Source: a virus (Duplodnaviria > Caudoviricetes). From it: DNA of 64,000 bases. The translations under genes were made by a program, and so were the position numbers. The notes beneath the pieces were generated by a model that saw nothing but the letters and a program-made list of their open reading frames with translations, searched no databases and was not told where the DNA came from. The stretch's first letter is position 1; each line of letters starts with the position of its first letter. Positions 54,401 through 62,139 of the stretch are shown here, piece after piece. Location of the stretch: IMG/VR virus record IMGVR_UViG_2799112723_000003, positions 1,425-65,424 of that record; one strand, written 5' to 3'.

Positions 54401-57400
54401 GTCAAGACCGTCAATCTTGATATGTCCTTTCTGATAGTTGCCTGCTTCCTTCTGACCCTCGCTGGGATTGGTATCTACCTGTGCTTCCTCGGAAGAAATT
54501 TCTTCGGCTGATGAAGTTTTTCCAAGATTTTCTTGGTTATTTGAAATATTTTCCGTACCTTTGCTTTCGAAAGAAGCGTTATTCTCTTGCGTAGGAAGGA
54601 GGTCCGGCACAGCATCTTGCTGTTCAGCTAAGTGCCCGTCAGAGCTGTTGGAGAGTAGCGCTTGTTTCGTGTATATACTTTCCAACGTTGTTAATCTCTC
54701 CAGCACTTTTGCAGGTTTCATTATATGGCTGCTTACAGATACCTCCATGTTGTCACGCTGAACGGTAACAGAAGCATAGTATTTCATCTTCTGTCCGTCT
54801 CTGACAAATGTCTTGACAAACACATAAGAGTATGGACGTTCCGTTACCTGGCCTTCCTTAGCCTGACTTGGTTCTACCAGAACAATGTCGGGGTCTTGTA
54901 ACGTTTGTACGGCCATGCCAAACTCAGCAGAACGATTCTTATCAAAGAATTTCTTATACTGGCCATCGCCCATCTTAACAACACCTAATGGCGTGTCAAG
55001 AGAGTTGTTGAGTCCAAACGTATTAGCCCAAGTTTCAGGCGTCAAGCTAATTTGTGGGTCTTCAACTGCTGCATCTTCCATCCTCTTCATAAACGCCTGA
55101 GCTTCGTCGTTAGAAAGTGCTTTTGCCCTGGCATTAGCCTCAGCAACACCAATCTCAGGCGACTCCACACGTACAGCATCACGCATATCTGTCGGCTTCA
55201 GCTGCTCGGACTGCTTGATGCCGGTCTTGATGTACTCAGGGTCTACGTCATTATCCAGGTATCTGTCCCAGAAGGTACGGATGATATACTGGTCTGCCAG
55301 CTTTTCAGGGTCGTTACCGTTGTAGTCCTCGGCAATATCAAACATTTCCGTCTTGTCTTCACCTGCGTCCAGTCCTTCATCTACATACTGCTGAACGGCC
55401 TGCGCTGCGGCTGTGATGGTTGCAGGGTCGCCACTCTTGTAGGCATCAATCAATGCCTGACGGTTGGCTTCATAACGAGGTTTGTCAATCTTTGGCGTAG
55501 GTATGGCACCCTCAAAGGGTTCTTCACTCTCTATACCATACTTGACATTCAGACCCTCGACATACTCCTCGATGGGCACAAAGACGGCGTTAGCCTGTTC
55601 CTGTGCATCGTCAATGGCTTTCTGTGCCGCTTCACGGGTTTCCTTGTTCTTACTCTTCAGGGCATCTTTGTTCCTCTCGATGACCTGGCCGTATTCATCG
55701 TTGGCGATTTCCCAGTCTTCTACCAATGCTGTCAGCTGTTCCACGTCATAGTCGCTCATGCGCTCGGCAAGTACCGGGCTGGCACCAATCTGGTCAAAGA
55801 GTATGGCTAAGGATTCTCTGTCGCGTACTGTTCCAGATACATCGTCATCAGAAACAGTCGGTTGATTAGACGCTGCTTCTTCTCCTTGGGCCAGCCCTTC
55901 CTCAATATTTCTGCCACCTTCGGCTTCAGCTGCTGTTTGTACTTGGCTCTGGCTTCCTTCAATGCCTGCTGGTACTGCTCCACTGACAGGCTCTTCACCC
56001 ACTGCTGGGCTTGTTCGATTCTGTTCATTGTCTGCTATAATTTGATTGATTACTTCCTGCTCAACGAGTGTGGGAGGCTCCTGCATGTAGGCTTCAAAGG
56101 CCTCACGCTCTTCCGGGGTCAGGTGATAGGCTTCTGCCCATGCGTCCATTTCTGTCTCTTCTGCACGACGCTGGTTTTCTTCCTTCATCTGGCGGGCTTC
56201 CTCGATACGGTGCTCTTCTGTCAGATGGAGCATACGTGTGCTGCTGCCCTCATTGAACAAATCCAACAGGGTATTGCGCACGTCTTCGTCCGTGTACATA
56301 TCCTTCATGCCCTGGGGAAGTCCTTCGTGTATGTCGAGTACTACCTGGCCAAAAGGCTTGGCACCGCTTTCCTTGGTTCCTAACAGGGTCATCATACGCT
56401 GCATGTCGCTGCGCTTCAGGCCCAGCTCGGTCTGCAAACCTCGTTCGCTGTCGCTGGCATCTTGCCAGAGCATAGAGTGAGGACGTAGGAGTGAAGACAC
56501 ATATTCGTCCAGACTACGTGGCTCAATATCTTCCAGGACTGACAGGGCTTCTGCATCGTCGGCCATCTCCCTACGTGCCTGCACTAAGGGATCGTATTGT
56601 TTGTTACGGCGTTCCTTATCCTTTTCTATCTGCTCACGGAGTCGTTTGCGGTCTTGCTCTTCCTGCTGCTCTTTCAGCTTACGGGCTTCCTCGGCTTCAC
56701 GCTGACGCTGCTCTTCGCTCTTGGCGGCTTCAATAGCGGCCTGGCGTTCTGCGGCTTCGGCCTGCATCCTGCGCTGTATGTACTGGTTGACGTCCTGCCA
56801 TTGCTTGATGATAGCCTGTTGTTCTTGTTCCTGCTGCTTGATGGCCTGGCGACTCTCGGCAATCTCTATCGGGTCTTCACCCTTGGGCTTCTGCTTACGA
56901 ATCTTCTCCAGCTTACCACGGGCAACATTCACCAGATCGCTGGCTGTGTCTCGGGCTGTCAGCATGTCACCGCCAGCGGTTTCTATCAGTGCTGAGGCTG
57001 CATCTTCCACGGTGGCCTTGTGCCATTCCAACACTGGTTTGCCATTCTTGCCCTTCACCGGCTGGCCACTGGCATCTGTCTTGACAGGAATACGTGACAA
57101 AGCGGAGGCAGGCTGCTCGTTTGCTCCAGTACCGCTTTCGGCACTTGCCTCGCCACCTGCTGTTTCTCCGCCTTGCTCTGGTTGAGGTTGTGGTTGTATC
57201 TGGTTGTTCTTGGTCGGAACTGATTCTGTTCTCATTTGTTCCAACTGCTGATTTTCAATGGTTTCCGTGTCAGGCTGCATTGATGCACGCTGCACCTCCA
57301 TACCATTATGGGCCACAATACGACGGTTCATGTCGTCGGCTGTCATCTGGAGTGCCCTGCCGTCATTGGTCTGTATCACAAACACACCGTCTACGGCATT

Positions 57401-60082
57401 AGGCAGCTGCACGACCTGACCTTCTATGATACCTCCGTTACCATCATTCAGCGTAACAGTGTCTTCCATGTCAAACACTTCATTGGCTGGACTGCCAAAG
57501 TTGATGTCGTCGTCGGCCTGCTGCGTCAGCTGCTGCCTCAACACGGTTTCATTCTGCTGAATCAGTTCGTCAACGGGTGTCATTTCATAAACCATGACGT
57601 TTGCAGGTGATTGTACACTGACTTCTCCCGTAATCGGGTCTTTCAGCAATACTGCGCCGCCTGTTCCTACCAAAGCGCTATCAGGTGTGATCTCGCCGCC
57701 TATGACGTAATAGTCCCGGTCACCCATCTTGGCCATGACAAGATTGCCACTTTCCTGATGGGCATTACCTCTTATCTGGGCATTGGCCTGCTCTACCTGC
57801 ATGTCAACGTTGTCAAGTGCTGCATCCATCACGCCATTGGCCGCTGCTTGCTTCTGGAAGTAGTCAGCTGCTGCCGCTATCTGCTCGTCGGTATACAGGT
57901 CACGGTTCTGCATCAGGTAGTTCATGGTTTGTACAGGTTCCTCTTGACCATCCATCACCATTTTTGAAAACTCTTCACCAAATGATGACAGCATTTCGCC
58001 TGATGCCTGCGCATCGTCGACAATCATCTTCATATCATCTGGCTCCTGGGCATTGTAGCCTTGACCGTAACTTTGGTCTATAGATTGTGATACAATGGCT
58101 TCTTCGCTCATGCTTGACTGTTCGTCCTTTGCATCTGCCATCATACCCATGTTGTAGCCTCGCATCTTCAAAAGATCACCTGCATAGTTCAATGCGGCGG
58201 TCTTCTCGGTGGAGTTCATGTCGCCTGTAGCTATGCTGGCAATCATGTCGCCCATCTGCTCGTTGTCGCAATCGTCTATCTGCTGTTTGACGCTTGCCCA
58301 ATTGTCTTCACCAAAAACGATAGAAGCATTGGTGTCTGCCATGTCAACCGTTTTCTTTGCCTGGTAATAGTTGATGGCACTCTTACCCGTATAAGCTAGA
58401 CGTGGTGCCTGCATCAAACCAATAGAGAATAGCATACCTCCCCATATATCAGCTTGTGTCTTCGCGTTGAACACTCCTTTTTCGCCGGTACTGAAATCAT
58501 TGTCGCCTACCAGAAGAGCATTGAGTACCAAGTTTGCCTGCTCTTCCACAACTTCGGAAGGATAGTCCTGAATACCTCCGCTCTCCAGCCACTTACTGCT
58601 GGAAAGATAGTTAACGGCCTTGCTCAGCTTGCTAAGGCCCATCTTCTCGGCACCTTTGGCTATCCACTTACCAAGCTGCAAGTGCTCGCCCAGCTTCTCC
58701 GTATAATATTCTAAAGTATTTGCTACTTCTGCCTCATAGATGCTTCGTCCCAGGCTCTTGCCACCTCTGGTAAAGTTTCCTTCTTCATCGTAGGAACCAA
58801 AGTCGTATTGACCTTCGGGATTGATGGTAACTTCGCCCATGTTACGCTGCATGATGTCACTGGCTGTACGGAAAGCTCCTGTAGTATTGGCCATGGCCCA
58901 CCCGGCAGCAACATCACCGGCTAAAACGCCAAGGTTCTTGACAAACATCTTTGACAGTCCGTCCAATGCCAATTTTTCTGCTGCCTTCGCTCCGTACTTG
59001 GCACCGGCTTCTGACAGTGCGGAGAAACCTCCTGTGGTCATGAACTCTGCTACAAAAGGTAGTGCCTGCATCGAAATGCCACCGGCACGATACATAAAGC
59101 CTCGGTTTTCACCGTACTTTTGTTGGGCATCATTATTGAGAAAGGTACTTTCTATCAGCTTTTGTTCTGCAGATGACAGTTCTGGCTCCTGACCGGCATC
59201 ATGAGCCTGGTCTATCTTCTGCTTTACACGCATCAGCTGTACCGTGTCGTTGAAGTCCGTCAAACCAAACGTTTGCACAGATGGATTCATTGCGGCATCT
59301 ACAAATCCTCTCCAGAACTGTGTACCGCCATCGTCATCACGCTCTGCCTCTAGTGCTGTGATACGCTGCTGGTTCTGCCTGAGTGCTGCTTCCAGTGCTG
59401 CTACACTTTCGTCATCACCTCTATTACCATAATGTACTCGCCCGTCTTGATCGACCCACTGACCTTGGTGCTGGGCCAGCTCTGCGTTAAGCCTGTCACG
59501 CTCTGCATAGGCATCATCCAACTGCCCAGGAAGACTTTTTCGGTAGCGCTCGTCGCGCATATCCTGGTCTATCTGACGTTGTTCTTGGTCAGCAATTGTT
59601 TTGTTTTGATATTCATTACCGGCTGAGGTGATATAGCTTTGTTCCAATTCGCCTGTTTCGGGGTTCAGATGCTGTTCACCTTCTACAAGATTGTTGCTCT
59701 CGCCCAAGGTGACACGTTGTGGGGCACGCAATCCCTGGCGTTTCTGCAAATTGCTGGCCCTACGGTCATAAGCGGCTGTTGCTCCTTGTCCTGCCTGCGT
59801 TGCCTGACCAATAGTCTGCTGAAAACCTGCCATTTCACGGGCTGTTGGTTTGTAAGTTGATGGTTCTGGCTGTCTCGCCGTAAACAAAGTATCTCTGAAA
59901 TCGTCGTAATTGTCAGGAACATCGTAATTATTGTCTCTTAGCGACTTCCACAACTGAAAACGATTCTGATAGCCTTCGTCACCTTTGGCTGTCAGTGTTC
60001 TTTCAAAAGAATTATAGTCCTCTGGAACATCATAGTTATTGTCCAACAAGGACTTGTGCAGAGTCTGTAAAGGATTTCCCAT
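45470..60082 (-). CDS. 4870-aa large polyvalent (injected) protein
   Basis: By eye: PBECR-type nuclease (~54620-55080), inorganic pyrophosphatase-like domain (GNYQKGH..HIDVF, ~54045-54460), second PBECR-like domain (GIAHI, ~52880-53270), two HExxH zincins (~52370, ~50530), LPD23-like GWERGKDGKWRYE, ART-like PMVVYH (~49920), LPD38-like C-terminus. Confidence 0.85.
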   Translation of the reverse strand: MGNPLQTLHKSLLDNNYDVPEDYNSFERTLTAKGDEGYQNRFQLWKSLRDNNYDVPDNYDDFRDTLFTARQPEPSTYKPTAREMAGFQQTIGQATQAGQGATAAYDRRASNLQKRQGLRAPQRVTLGESNNLVEGEQHLNPETGELEQSYITSAGNEYQNKTIADQEQRQIDQDMRDERYRKSLPGQLDDAYAERDRLNAELAQHQGQWVDQDGRVHYGNRGDDESVAALEAALRQNQQRITALEAERDDDGGTQFWRGFVDAAMNPSVQTFGLTDFNDTVQLMRVKQKIDQAHDAGQEPELSSAEQKLIESTFLNNDAQQKYGENRGFMYRAGGISMQALPFVAEFMTTGGFSALSEAGAKYGAKAAEKLALDGLSKMFVKNLGVLAGDVAAGWAMANTTGAFRTASDIMQRNMGEVTINPEGQYDFGSYDEEGNFTRGGKSLGRSIYEAEVANTLEYYTEKLGEHLQLGKWIAKGAEKMGLSKLSKAVNYLSSSKWLESGGIQDYPSEVVEEQANLVLNALLVGDNDFSTGEKGVFNAKTQADIWGGMLFSIGLMQAPRLAYTGKSAINYYQAKKTVDMADTNASIVFGEDNWASVKQQIDDCDNEQMGDMIASIATGDMNSTEKTAALNYAGDLLKMRGYNMGMMADAKDEQSSMSEEAIVSQSIDQSYGQGYNAQEPDDMKMIVDDAQASGEMLSSFGEEFSKMVMDGQEEPVQTMNYLMQNRDLYTDEQIAAAADYFQKQAAANGVMDAALDNVDMQVEQANAQIRGNAHQESGNLVMAKMGDRDYYVIGGEITPDSALVGTGGAVLLKDPITGEVSVQSPANVMVYEMTPVDELIQQNETVLRQQLTQQADDDINFGSPANEVFDMEDTVTLNDGNGGIIEGQVVQLPNAVDGVFVIQTNDGRALQMTADDMNRRIVAHNGMEVQRASMQPDTETIENQQLEQMRTESVPTKNNQIQPQPQPEQGGETAGGEASAESGTGANEQPASALSRIPVKTDASGQPVKGKNGKPVLEWHKATVEDAASALIETAGGDMLTARDTASDLVNVARGKLEKIRKQKPKGEDPIEIAESRQAIKQQEQEQQAIIKQWQDVNQYIQRRMQAEAAERQAAIEAAKSEEQRQREAEEARKLKEQQEEQDRKRLREQIEKDKERRNKQYDPLVQARREMADDAEALSVLEDIEPRSLDEYVSSLLRPHSMLWQDASDSERGLQTELGLKRSDMQRMMTLLGTKESGAKPFGQVVLDIHEGLPQGMKDMYTDEDVRNTLLDLFNEGSSTRMLHLTEEHRIEEARQMKEENQRRAEETEMDAWAEAYHLTPEEREAFEAYMQEPPTLVEQEVINQIIADNEQNRTSPAVGEEPVSGAVPAGIEGSQSQVQTAAEAEGGRNIEEGLAQGEEAASNQPTVSDDDVSGTVRDRESLAILFDQIGASPVLAERMSDYDVEQLTALVEDWEIANDEYGQVIERNKDALKSKNKETREAAQKAIDDAQEQANAVFVPIEEYVEGLNVKYGIESEEPFEGAIPTPKIDKPRYEANRQALIDAYKSGDPATITAAAQAVQQYVDEGLDAGEDKTEMFDIAEDYNGNDPEKLADQYIIRTFWDRYLDNDVDPEYIKTGIKQSEQLKPTDMRDAVRVESPEIGVAEANARAKALSNDEAQAFMKRMEDAAVEDPQISLTPETWANTFGLNNSLDTPLGVVKMGDGQYKKFFDKNRSAEFGMAVQTLQDPDIVLVEPSQAKEGQVTERPYSYVFVKTFVRDGQKMKYYASVTVQRDNMEVSVSSHIMKPAKVLERLTTLESIYTKQALLSNSSDGHLAEQQDAVPDLLPTQENNASFESKGTENISNNQENLGKTSSAEEISSEEAQVDTNPSEGQKEAGNYQKGHIKIDGLDITIENPKGSIRRGTDASGKPWETEMHNTYGYIRGTEGADKDHIDVFLSDDPTHPDKVFIVQQRKKVNGVWKFDELKVLLGFENASQASNAYLSNYEEGWNGMDSLIETDMESFKDWLKNGKQNGTYKEDGAWAKIYPGVSTMVADEGKMPEPEQQEVQVLRGTGDNRLSGMDRELPEVSGGYGQASIPQGDSGQNRRKQGLLQGELQVDRLDNPVSEPKDGTLSDIQGQNDVNAAVGRGNGAPAEKNKIQNPDLPLERGENAGNSGRDQGQLQNGDISGQNDENGRLGEGTQSELQNTEEQAKTRLDNGKNSNNTDDHKVSGRVYAASRRETVLRDAVVEKMKEAGIDVSTDWEEGQKVLDDYNGSHDLKQMAVRKNIENGMDALQRIADGEESVPNAMTRDDLSQYGGDNNITFYYGKTGNPEENYKGGYGIAHIGGKHGADTLLRVLNVIADGKIDRYVPGNKTVVLTDGEYEALLALTRFGEKETWLFNGWKKDEKTGADGEVSTHSDATQANPTFSREDLGAVLSDAKVRNILGSDVKKDENLSEQVDFYTNRKASSAARLTVEDSTARLIDKANGHTNTQLSAQADANNASDKASNQTPQMPNGDTPEGARTNDLNASSGAKVQQNSETAKDSERKFFKTPDGHAYGYTYKGKIYIDPRIATSETPVHEYSHLWVEMKRQTAPEEWNNIKQVMLGDKLVQPIIEKVKRDYPELTQEGKEDDFIEEIITQFSGKRGAERLREIANEVAAERGGVFGKAEAMTAMQRLKNVLNQFWEGVAKMMGWKYRNANQIADRIMADMLNGVNPVEEVKKAKVNRAEHLKQQQLDIILKENPADDVNMPGHTWIRTINDIKTFREAVDEDGYAAEEGVTPDFTADMVKDALEKGVVTVYSSKPIKDGAFVTPSKMEATNYAGGGKVYSKEVPLTDVAWIDPLQGQYAKVSDGLKSQKMDYTSDEEKQRTETIFNAAKKLFGTTYDIREAGYILPDGSMPDFSGRHLMNPGSDTSFLRGRRSTDHREVESIAYERDGNTKTGIETDMPDFIRRGAIRIDDNAGAINLSVKPTNEQKKALRQLIAHNDGYVQVDFGDGWDSDHYVEYDGAKPNRVLADIDRYFDEGIKPLGDAPKYQLVGRKGAEKADEAEGTTMRQDNMKVAEEMEKAGKDIRAIKLATGWERGKDGKWRYETVDADVDVLTPYEKKLQEMKDEGVENPMPILKLQELLGKDNELFKYYPQMRNVQVMFDPTVESGIAGSTDGKTIELNANETSRFGDKKLDNENVYGILLHEVQHVIQEKEGFAQGGSLSTATTEAGMEAIMNKKEAERKRVMKEIEMNQKILNSGDELKDYAELEGRTVKDFKESLNNRLDELAAKYDNLTAQIDRIYKLKTVAKSDASDLYRSLAGEMEARNVTERMGMSEQERRNNPAAKTEDVPREDQVIINGKENENNSLKFQKVEGDTHSDNFKNFFGDWEKDPDNASKIVDREGEPMVVYHQTANDFTVFDPRHKGAGTNDYQLPFGIFMKPSARDIGVGGAKQMALYANIRKPLRVANRQELSRLLQSKVEGYKEALAEYEKIDREYSKKFDEAMKFDHERDVENWNKWKAGEITEEEYQNAISDTAEDVVDQWKEAQSKPIAKMKELVDDYFKNSEYDGIWIARDEGSLGRTTETIIAFEPNQVKSATENNGDYNPENPDIRFQRTGSPERPHYQPGENAMDFAERLEEYRRGQSMGEPEEVPVDMARQIYEKAVAQGSLKWQEAWQDSMASLKAIQDAIAKETGNAATGAEDAYRFENRMHGRAKNMAERYDWQYYRPMLKAFNDFCKAKELTHEQGMDYLIAKSGLERNVYYAFRDAVKSKLAEDIKDMREKLEKDYSKNRIDEKEYKSKKADIDLLEQTGVDDRMQEVRGSDDYLQAKEDYAKGDISYNEYTTRIEDIIRRETDGKYDEYLKDYSGLTETFNKEMYDAAQQIKKEAQRTIDPQERRELWGEYDAMMKQAYEQAREEAEKRVFDAESDDVLRHHTELWKRINAATEETLKHSYESGLMDRNTYNKVRKMFDFYLPLRGWDENKASDVYTYMGRENVFSPAVKKTWGRTSKAEDPLAYIGNIAVSTILSGHRNMMKQHFLNYVMNNPTSLVSISESWYENIGTEDDHPVWVLRSADTAGKDPDEIAQIVSDFNEEMRLKQNEGKAIPVRGRLRLDVNATQGQKAEHVVEVQRAGRTYQLYINGNPKAAQALNGSAARAVSRISDTTWGKRIAELNRSMAAFFTSKNPAFVISNLSRDLNMAMASVAVNENAAYNARFLKNIAKVLTPRLGESSRWMPASKQPTGLIPSLMRKWQQGKLDTGNETERLFKEFMDEGGETGFVNMLSIDSFKEKMQKEISQMNGSTLFGSKAKVKETSIGKAFRLLGETFEFYNRCAEDATRFMVYMTSRQMGKTLEESIADAKDVTLNFNRKGTGAKGNAELRDLYIFVNPAIQALANMYRMAKKHPLKLGGVAAGFMLMGVFMPVLNQWLLNMFGDDDDKDAYWNLPPWVRKNNLVFWVPGTKYFFTMPLAQEFRVFYGVGEMISSGVMEHPHQNTGVEILESVADLVPINPTGNGGNLVINFLPTTTQPILQVAFNTDFTGKPIWKDNMGNKYDPMFTKAYASTPKWMTKVSEGINLAAGGDEDSRGWLDKTAAGQYLNNPAVWNHLLQGYLGGMYNTIAKSADVVVTVARQEAPNAYQIPVLNRFVNSPWERDNSGALGEDYWQMINDNEEFLNTVRKKKKRAKAGDAEAQKKLEKLMASDEYQQSLVISQYKKLIDNLRKQQKEATDKDTLANIKSSISMYKNDLLDEIAALESGKDPLELAIGKFDATEDAEKRKAIALRISKEAGASETPYGDKPKNDHQRLYQELRTGEDVYEDALLLAYQQKLDEEGNEQQAKAISNQRKSVHSNVVSLFGGKGDKYVMEGIRAARKAMIERLELNKKPDSKQ
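53398..54045 (-). CDS. HNH homing-endonuclease gene nested in the +1 frame of the giant ORF
   Basis: EYQLWLQMKGRCLNPNNKRYKYYGGRGITVCQEW..TLDRIDVNKGYCKENCRW..Q.NRR plus two (K/Q)GRTM..WA.E DNA-binding repeats; the host frame stays open. Confidence 0.85.
   Translation of the reverse strand: MENRMGRIKRTEHGLRYIPEYQLWLQMKGRCLNPNNKRYKYYGGRGITVCQEWIESFPRFLEDMGRRPYPKATLDRIDVNKGYCKENCRWTDWITQSQNRRTAHYLTYKGRTMSMRQWAEETGLPLKRIKSRILTYHWSVERTLETPDGIKANSRMVTYQGRTMKTADWARELNLNCKTLKSRLRRGWTMERIATTPTITKSVAEFMPQAGVRRC
55807..56028 (-). CDS. 73-aa helical protein nested in the +1 frame of the giant ORF
   Basis: MNRIEQAQQWVKSLSVEQYQQALKEARAKYKQQ.. is protein-like, while the host frame reads as linker; ATG lies in AAT-GAA with A-rich context. 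Confidence 0.55.
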   Translation of the reverse strand: MNRIEQAQQWVKSLSVEQYQQALKEARAKYKQQLKPKVAEILRKGWPKEKKQRLINRLFLMTMYLEQYATENP

Positions 60083-60100
60083 ATTTGTAGCTTGTCTTAT

Positions 60101-61099
60101 TTACTTCCATTTAACACCAGTGTTTATCTTCCCTCCTTTTCCGCTGTTACCTTTTCCGCTATTGCTATTGCCCTTGGCATTCTTCTTGGGCTTGGTGACA
60201 GTCCTGGTTCCTTCACGTTTGTCTTGTGGAGCTGCGTTAGGATTGTTGCCGGTAGTGGGTGTGCGAGTAGTTACCACGTCGCCTGTTGCTGGGTCAGTGT
60301 GCTTACGAATGGTGTAACCGTAAGTTCCGTTATTCTTGCCACGGCCTCCACCACTGCCATATCCCATGCGGTTATTCTTATTGGTACGCGAACGTATCTC
60401 ATCTTCCTGCAAGGGCAACAGTGCTTCTATCTTCCCGGTCTCGGCATTGAGCTTGGCAATACGTCCGTCCTGAAGCTGCACATACTTTTCGGCCTTCAGA
60501 CGGTCATTCTCACCTTTCAGGCGTGCCATCTCGCCACGGGTGTCATACCATGCGGCCTGCGCATCGGCCAGCTTGGCACGGCGGGCCTCATCAACCTGCT
60601 GGCGCTGGAGGTTGTAAAGCTGCATGGCGTAACGCTGGCGGTAGTTGTCCATATCGTCCTGAAGACGCTGACGGCGGTCTGCTTCTTGGTTGATGAAGCC
60701 TGACGGGTCTTCCATCCTCTGGGGTCGGGCACCACGGGCAGTATAATATAGGTTGCCCAACTGACGCAAACCGTTGAATAGCCCCCCCCACATCTGCATC
60801 TGCTGGCGGTTACGCTCCATCCGCTGCTGACGGGCTTCGCGTTCTGCCGGTGTTGGGCCAAGTGCCTCTGCCAACGAACCAATGGCATTGCCAGTGTCTA
60901 TTTGCGGCTGCTGACGTTGTACACGGGTTACTTCTCTTCTTATCTGTCCGATGGTATTGCCGGTACCTATCTGAGGCTGCTGTTGTGCAGCGGCTTTGTT
61001 TCTTTCTACCTGGACGTTTGAAAAACCCCATCCGTCATTAATATAGTCGCGAGGATCTGTTCCCCATATTGTTTTTGCTCTGTCTTCTAACTTGATCAT
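60101..61099 (-). CDS. Probable ejection/internal virion protein
   Basis: Gln/Arg-rich coiled coil; GGLFNGLRQLGNLY; directly upstream of the giant gene. Confidence 0.6.
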   Translation of the reverse strand: MIKLEDRAKTIWGTDPRDYINDGWGFSNVQVERNKAAAQQQPQIGTGNTIGQIRREVTRVQRQQPQIDTGNAIGSLAEALGPTPAEREARQQRMERNRQQMQMWGGLFNGLRQLGNLYYTARGARPQRMEDPSGFINQEADRRQRLQDDMDNYRQRYAMQLYNLQRQQVDEARRAKLADAQAAWYDTRGEMARLKGENDRLKAEKYVQLQDGRIAKLNAETGKIEALLPLQEDEIRSRTNKNNRMGYGSGGGRGKNNGTYGYTIRKHTDPATGDVVTTRTPTTGNNPNAAPQDKREGTRTVTKPKKNAKGNSNSGKGNSGKGGKINTGVKWK

Positions 61100-61103
61100 C
61101 TGC

Positions 61104-61925
61104 CTAGTATTTAAATGTTCCTATTGCAGTTTTAGATGCCGTCATAAAATCCTTGCCATAACCAAATAACCGTGATGCCAGTTTATTAGAGTAATCCTTC
61201 ATCGAGAATGGTTGCGCTGATGAACCTTGGTGTTCAAGAAAAGCAGGGTCGTTAATATGCACAATAGCATCCGGCGGTGTCACTCCACCACCTCCCGGAC
61301 TACCTGTACCTGTATTCGATTCCTTACCGCCATTATTGCCACCGGTCAGCTTAGGACCTGCTGCTATGACGGCACCTTTCATCAGGGCGTCACTCACGGC
61401 ACCTGCTGCCTGGGAAGTGGCCTCAGCCTGCGCCATCTTGGTCTGCTGGATATTGCTGTTGATGCGGTCTATCTCCTGACGGTACTGGGCATCGTTGGCA
61501 TTGACCTGCTGCTCATGGTTGGCCTCGGCCTGGGCTATGACGTCGGCCTGCTTCTGGTTCTGCTGTTCCTTCTCTATGGCGACGGCTGCATCTGTGCCAC
61601 CGCCTACGGCCTGCGCACCACGCTGCTGGTTGACAAACTTCTGTGCCTGGTCTTGCAGGACACGCATGGTGTTCTGGCCGGACTTGGTGTCTAGCCAGCT
61701 CTGGTGCTTGTTCCTCAGTCGCTCGGCTTCTTTTGCGGCCTTCTGCGCTTCTTGTTCACGACGGGCTTCTTCTGCTGCCTTGCGCGAGGATGAAGCGCCA
61801 AACAATGAAGAAGCCAGTGAACCTGCGGCCAGTGCTGCTGACAATATCCATGGCTTCTTTCTCGGTGCATAGCCGCCAGAAGCATCACTGACGCCTAACG
61901 GCTGGGAGAGTATTTTCCAATTCAT
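61104..61925 (-). CDS. Probable DNA-transfer/ejection protein (P22 gp7-like)
   Basis: ILSAALAAGSLASSLFGASSSRKAAEEARR Gly/Ala amphipathic start plus Gln/Ala coiled coil. Confidence 0.65.
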   Translation of the reverse strand: MNWKILSQPLGVSDASGGYAPRKKPWILSAALAAGSLASSLFGASSSRKAAEEARREQEAQKAAKEAERLRNKHQSWLDTKSGQNTMRVLQDQAQKFVNQQRGAQAVGGGTDAAVAIEKEQQNQKQADVIAQAEANHEQQVNANDAQYRQEIDRINSNIQQTKMAQAEATSQAAGAVSDALMKGAVIAAGPKLTGGNNGGKESNTGTGSPGGGGVTPPDAIVHINDPAFLEHQGSSAQPFSMKDYSNKLASRLFGYGKDFMTASKTAIGTFKY

Positions 61926-61952
61926 AATTACGTAACTTTGAATATTCGCCCC

Positions 61953-61995
61953 CAAAGTTACATACATTCAAGGCTGTGTCTTTCATAAAATTTCC
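61953..61995 (-). promoter_or_regulatory. Third late promoter with the same motif and spacing
   Basis: Minus-strand GGAAATTTTATGAA (61995-61982)-N21-TAACTTTG (61960-61953). Confidence 0.7.
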
Positions 61996-62139
61996 TTCCG
62001 CAAAATAAATCGGGATATTTTATCAGCCAAAGGTTAAAGAATGTGTTAATTATTGGCTACCTTTGCCGCTGGTTTTTTTGTTAAAGAAATAAGATTAAAA
62101 CAAATGGCAGGCACGTCGAGAGATGAACCTGTCATTTAT

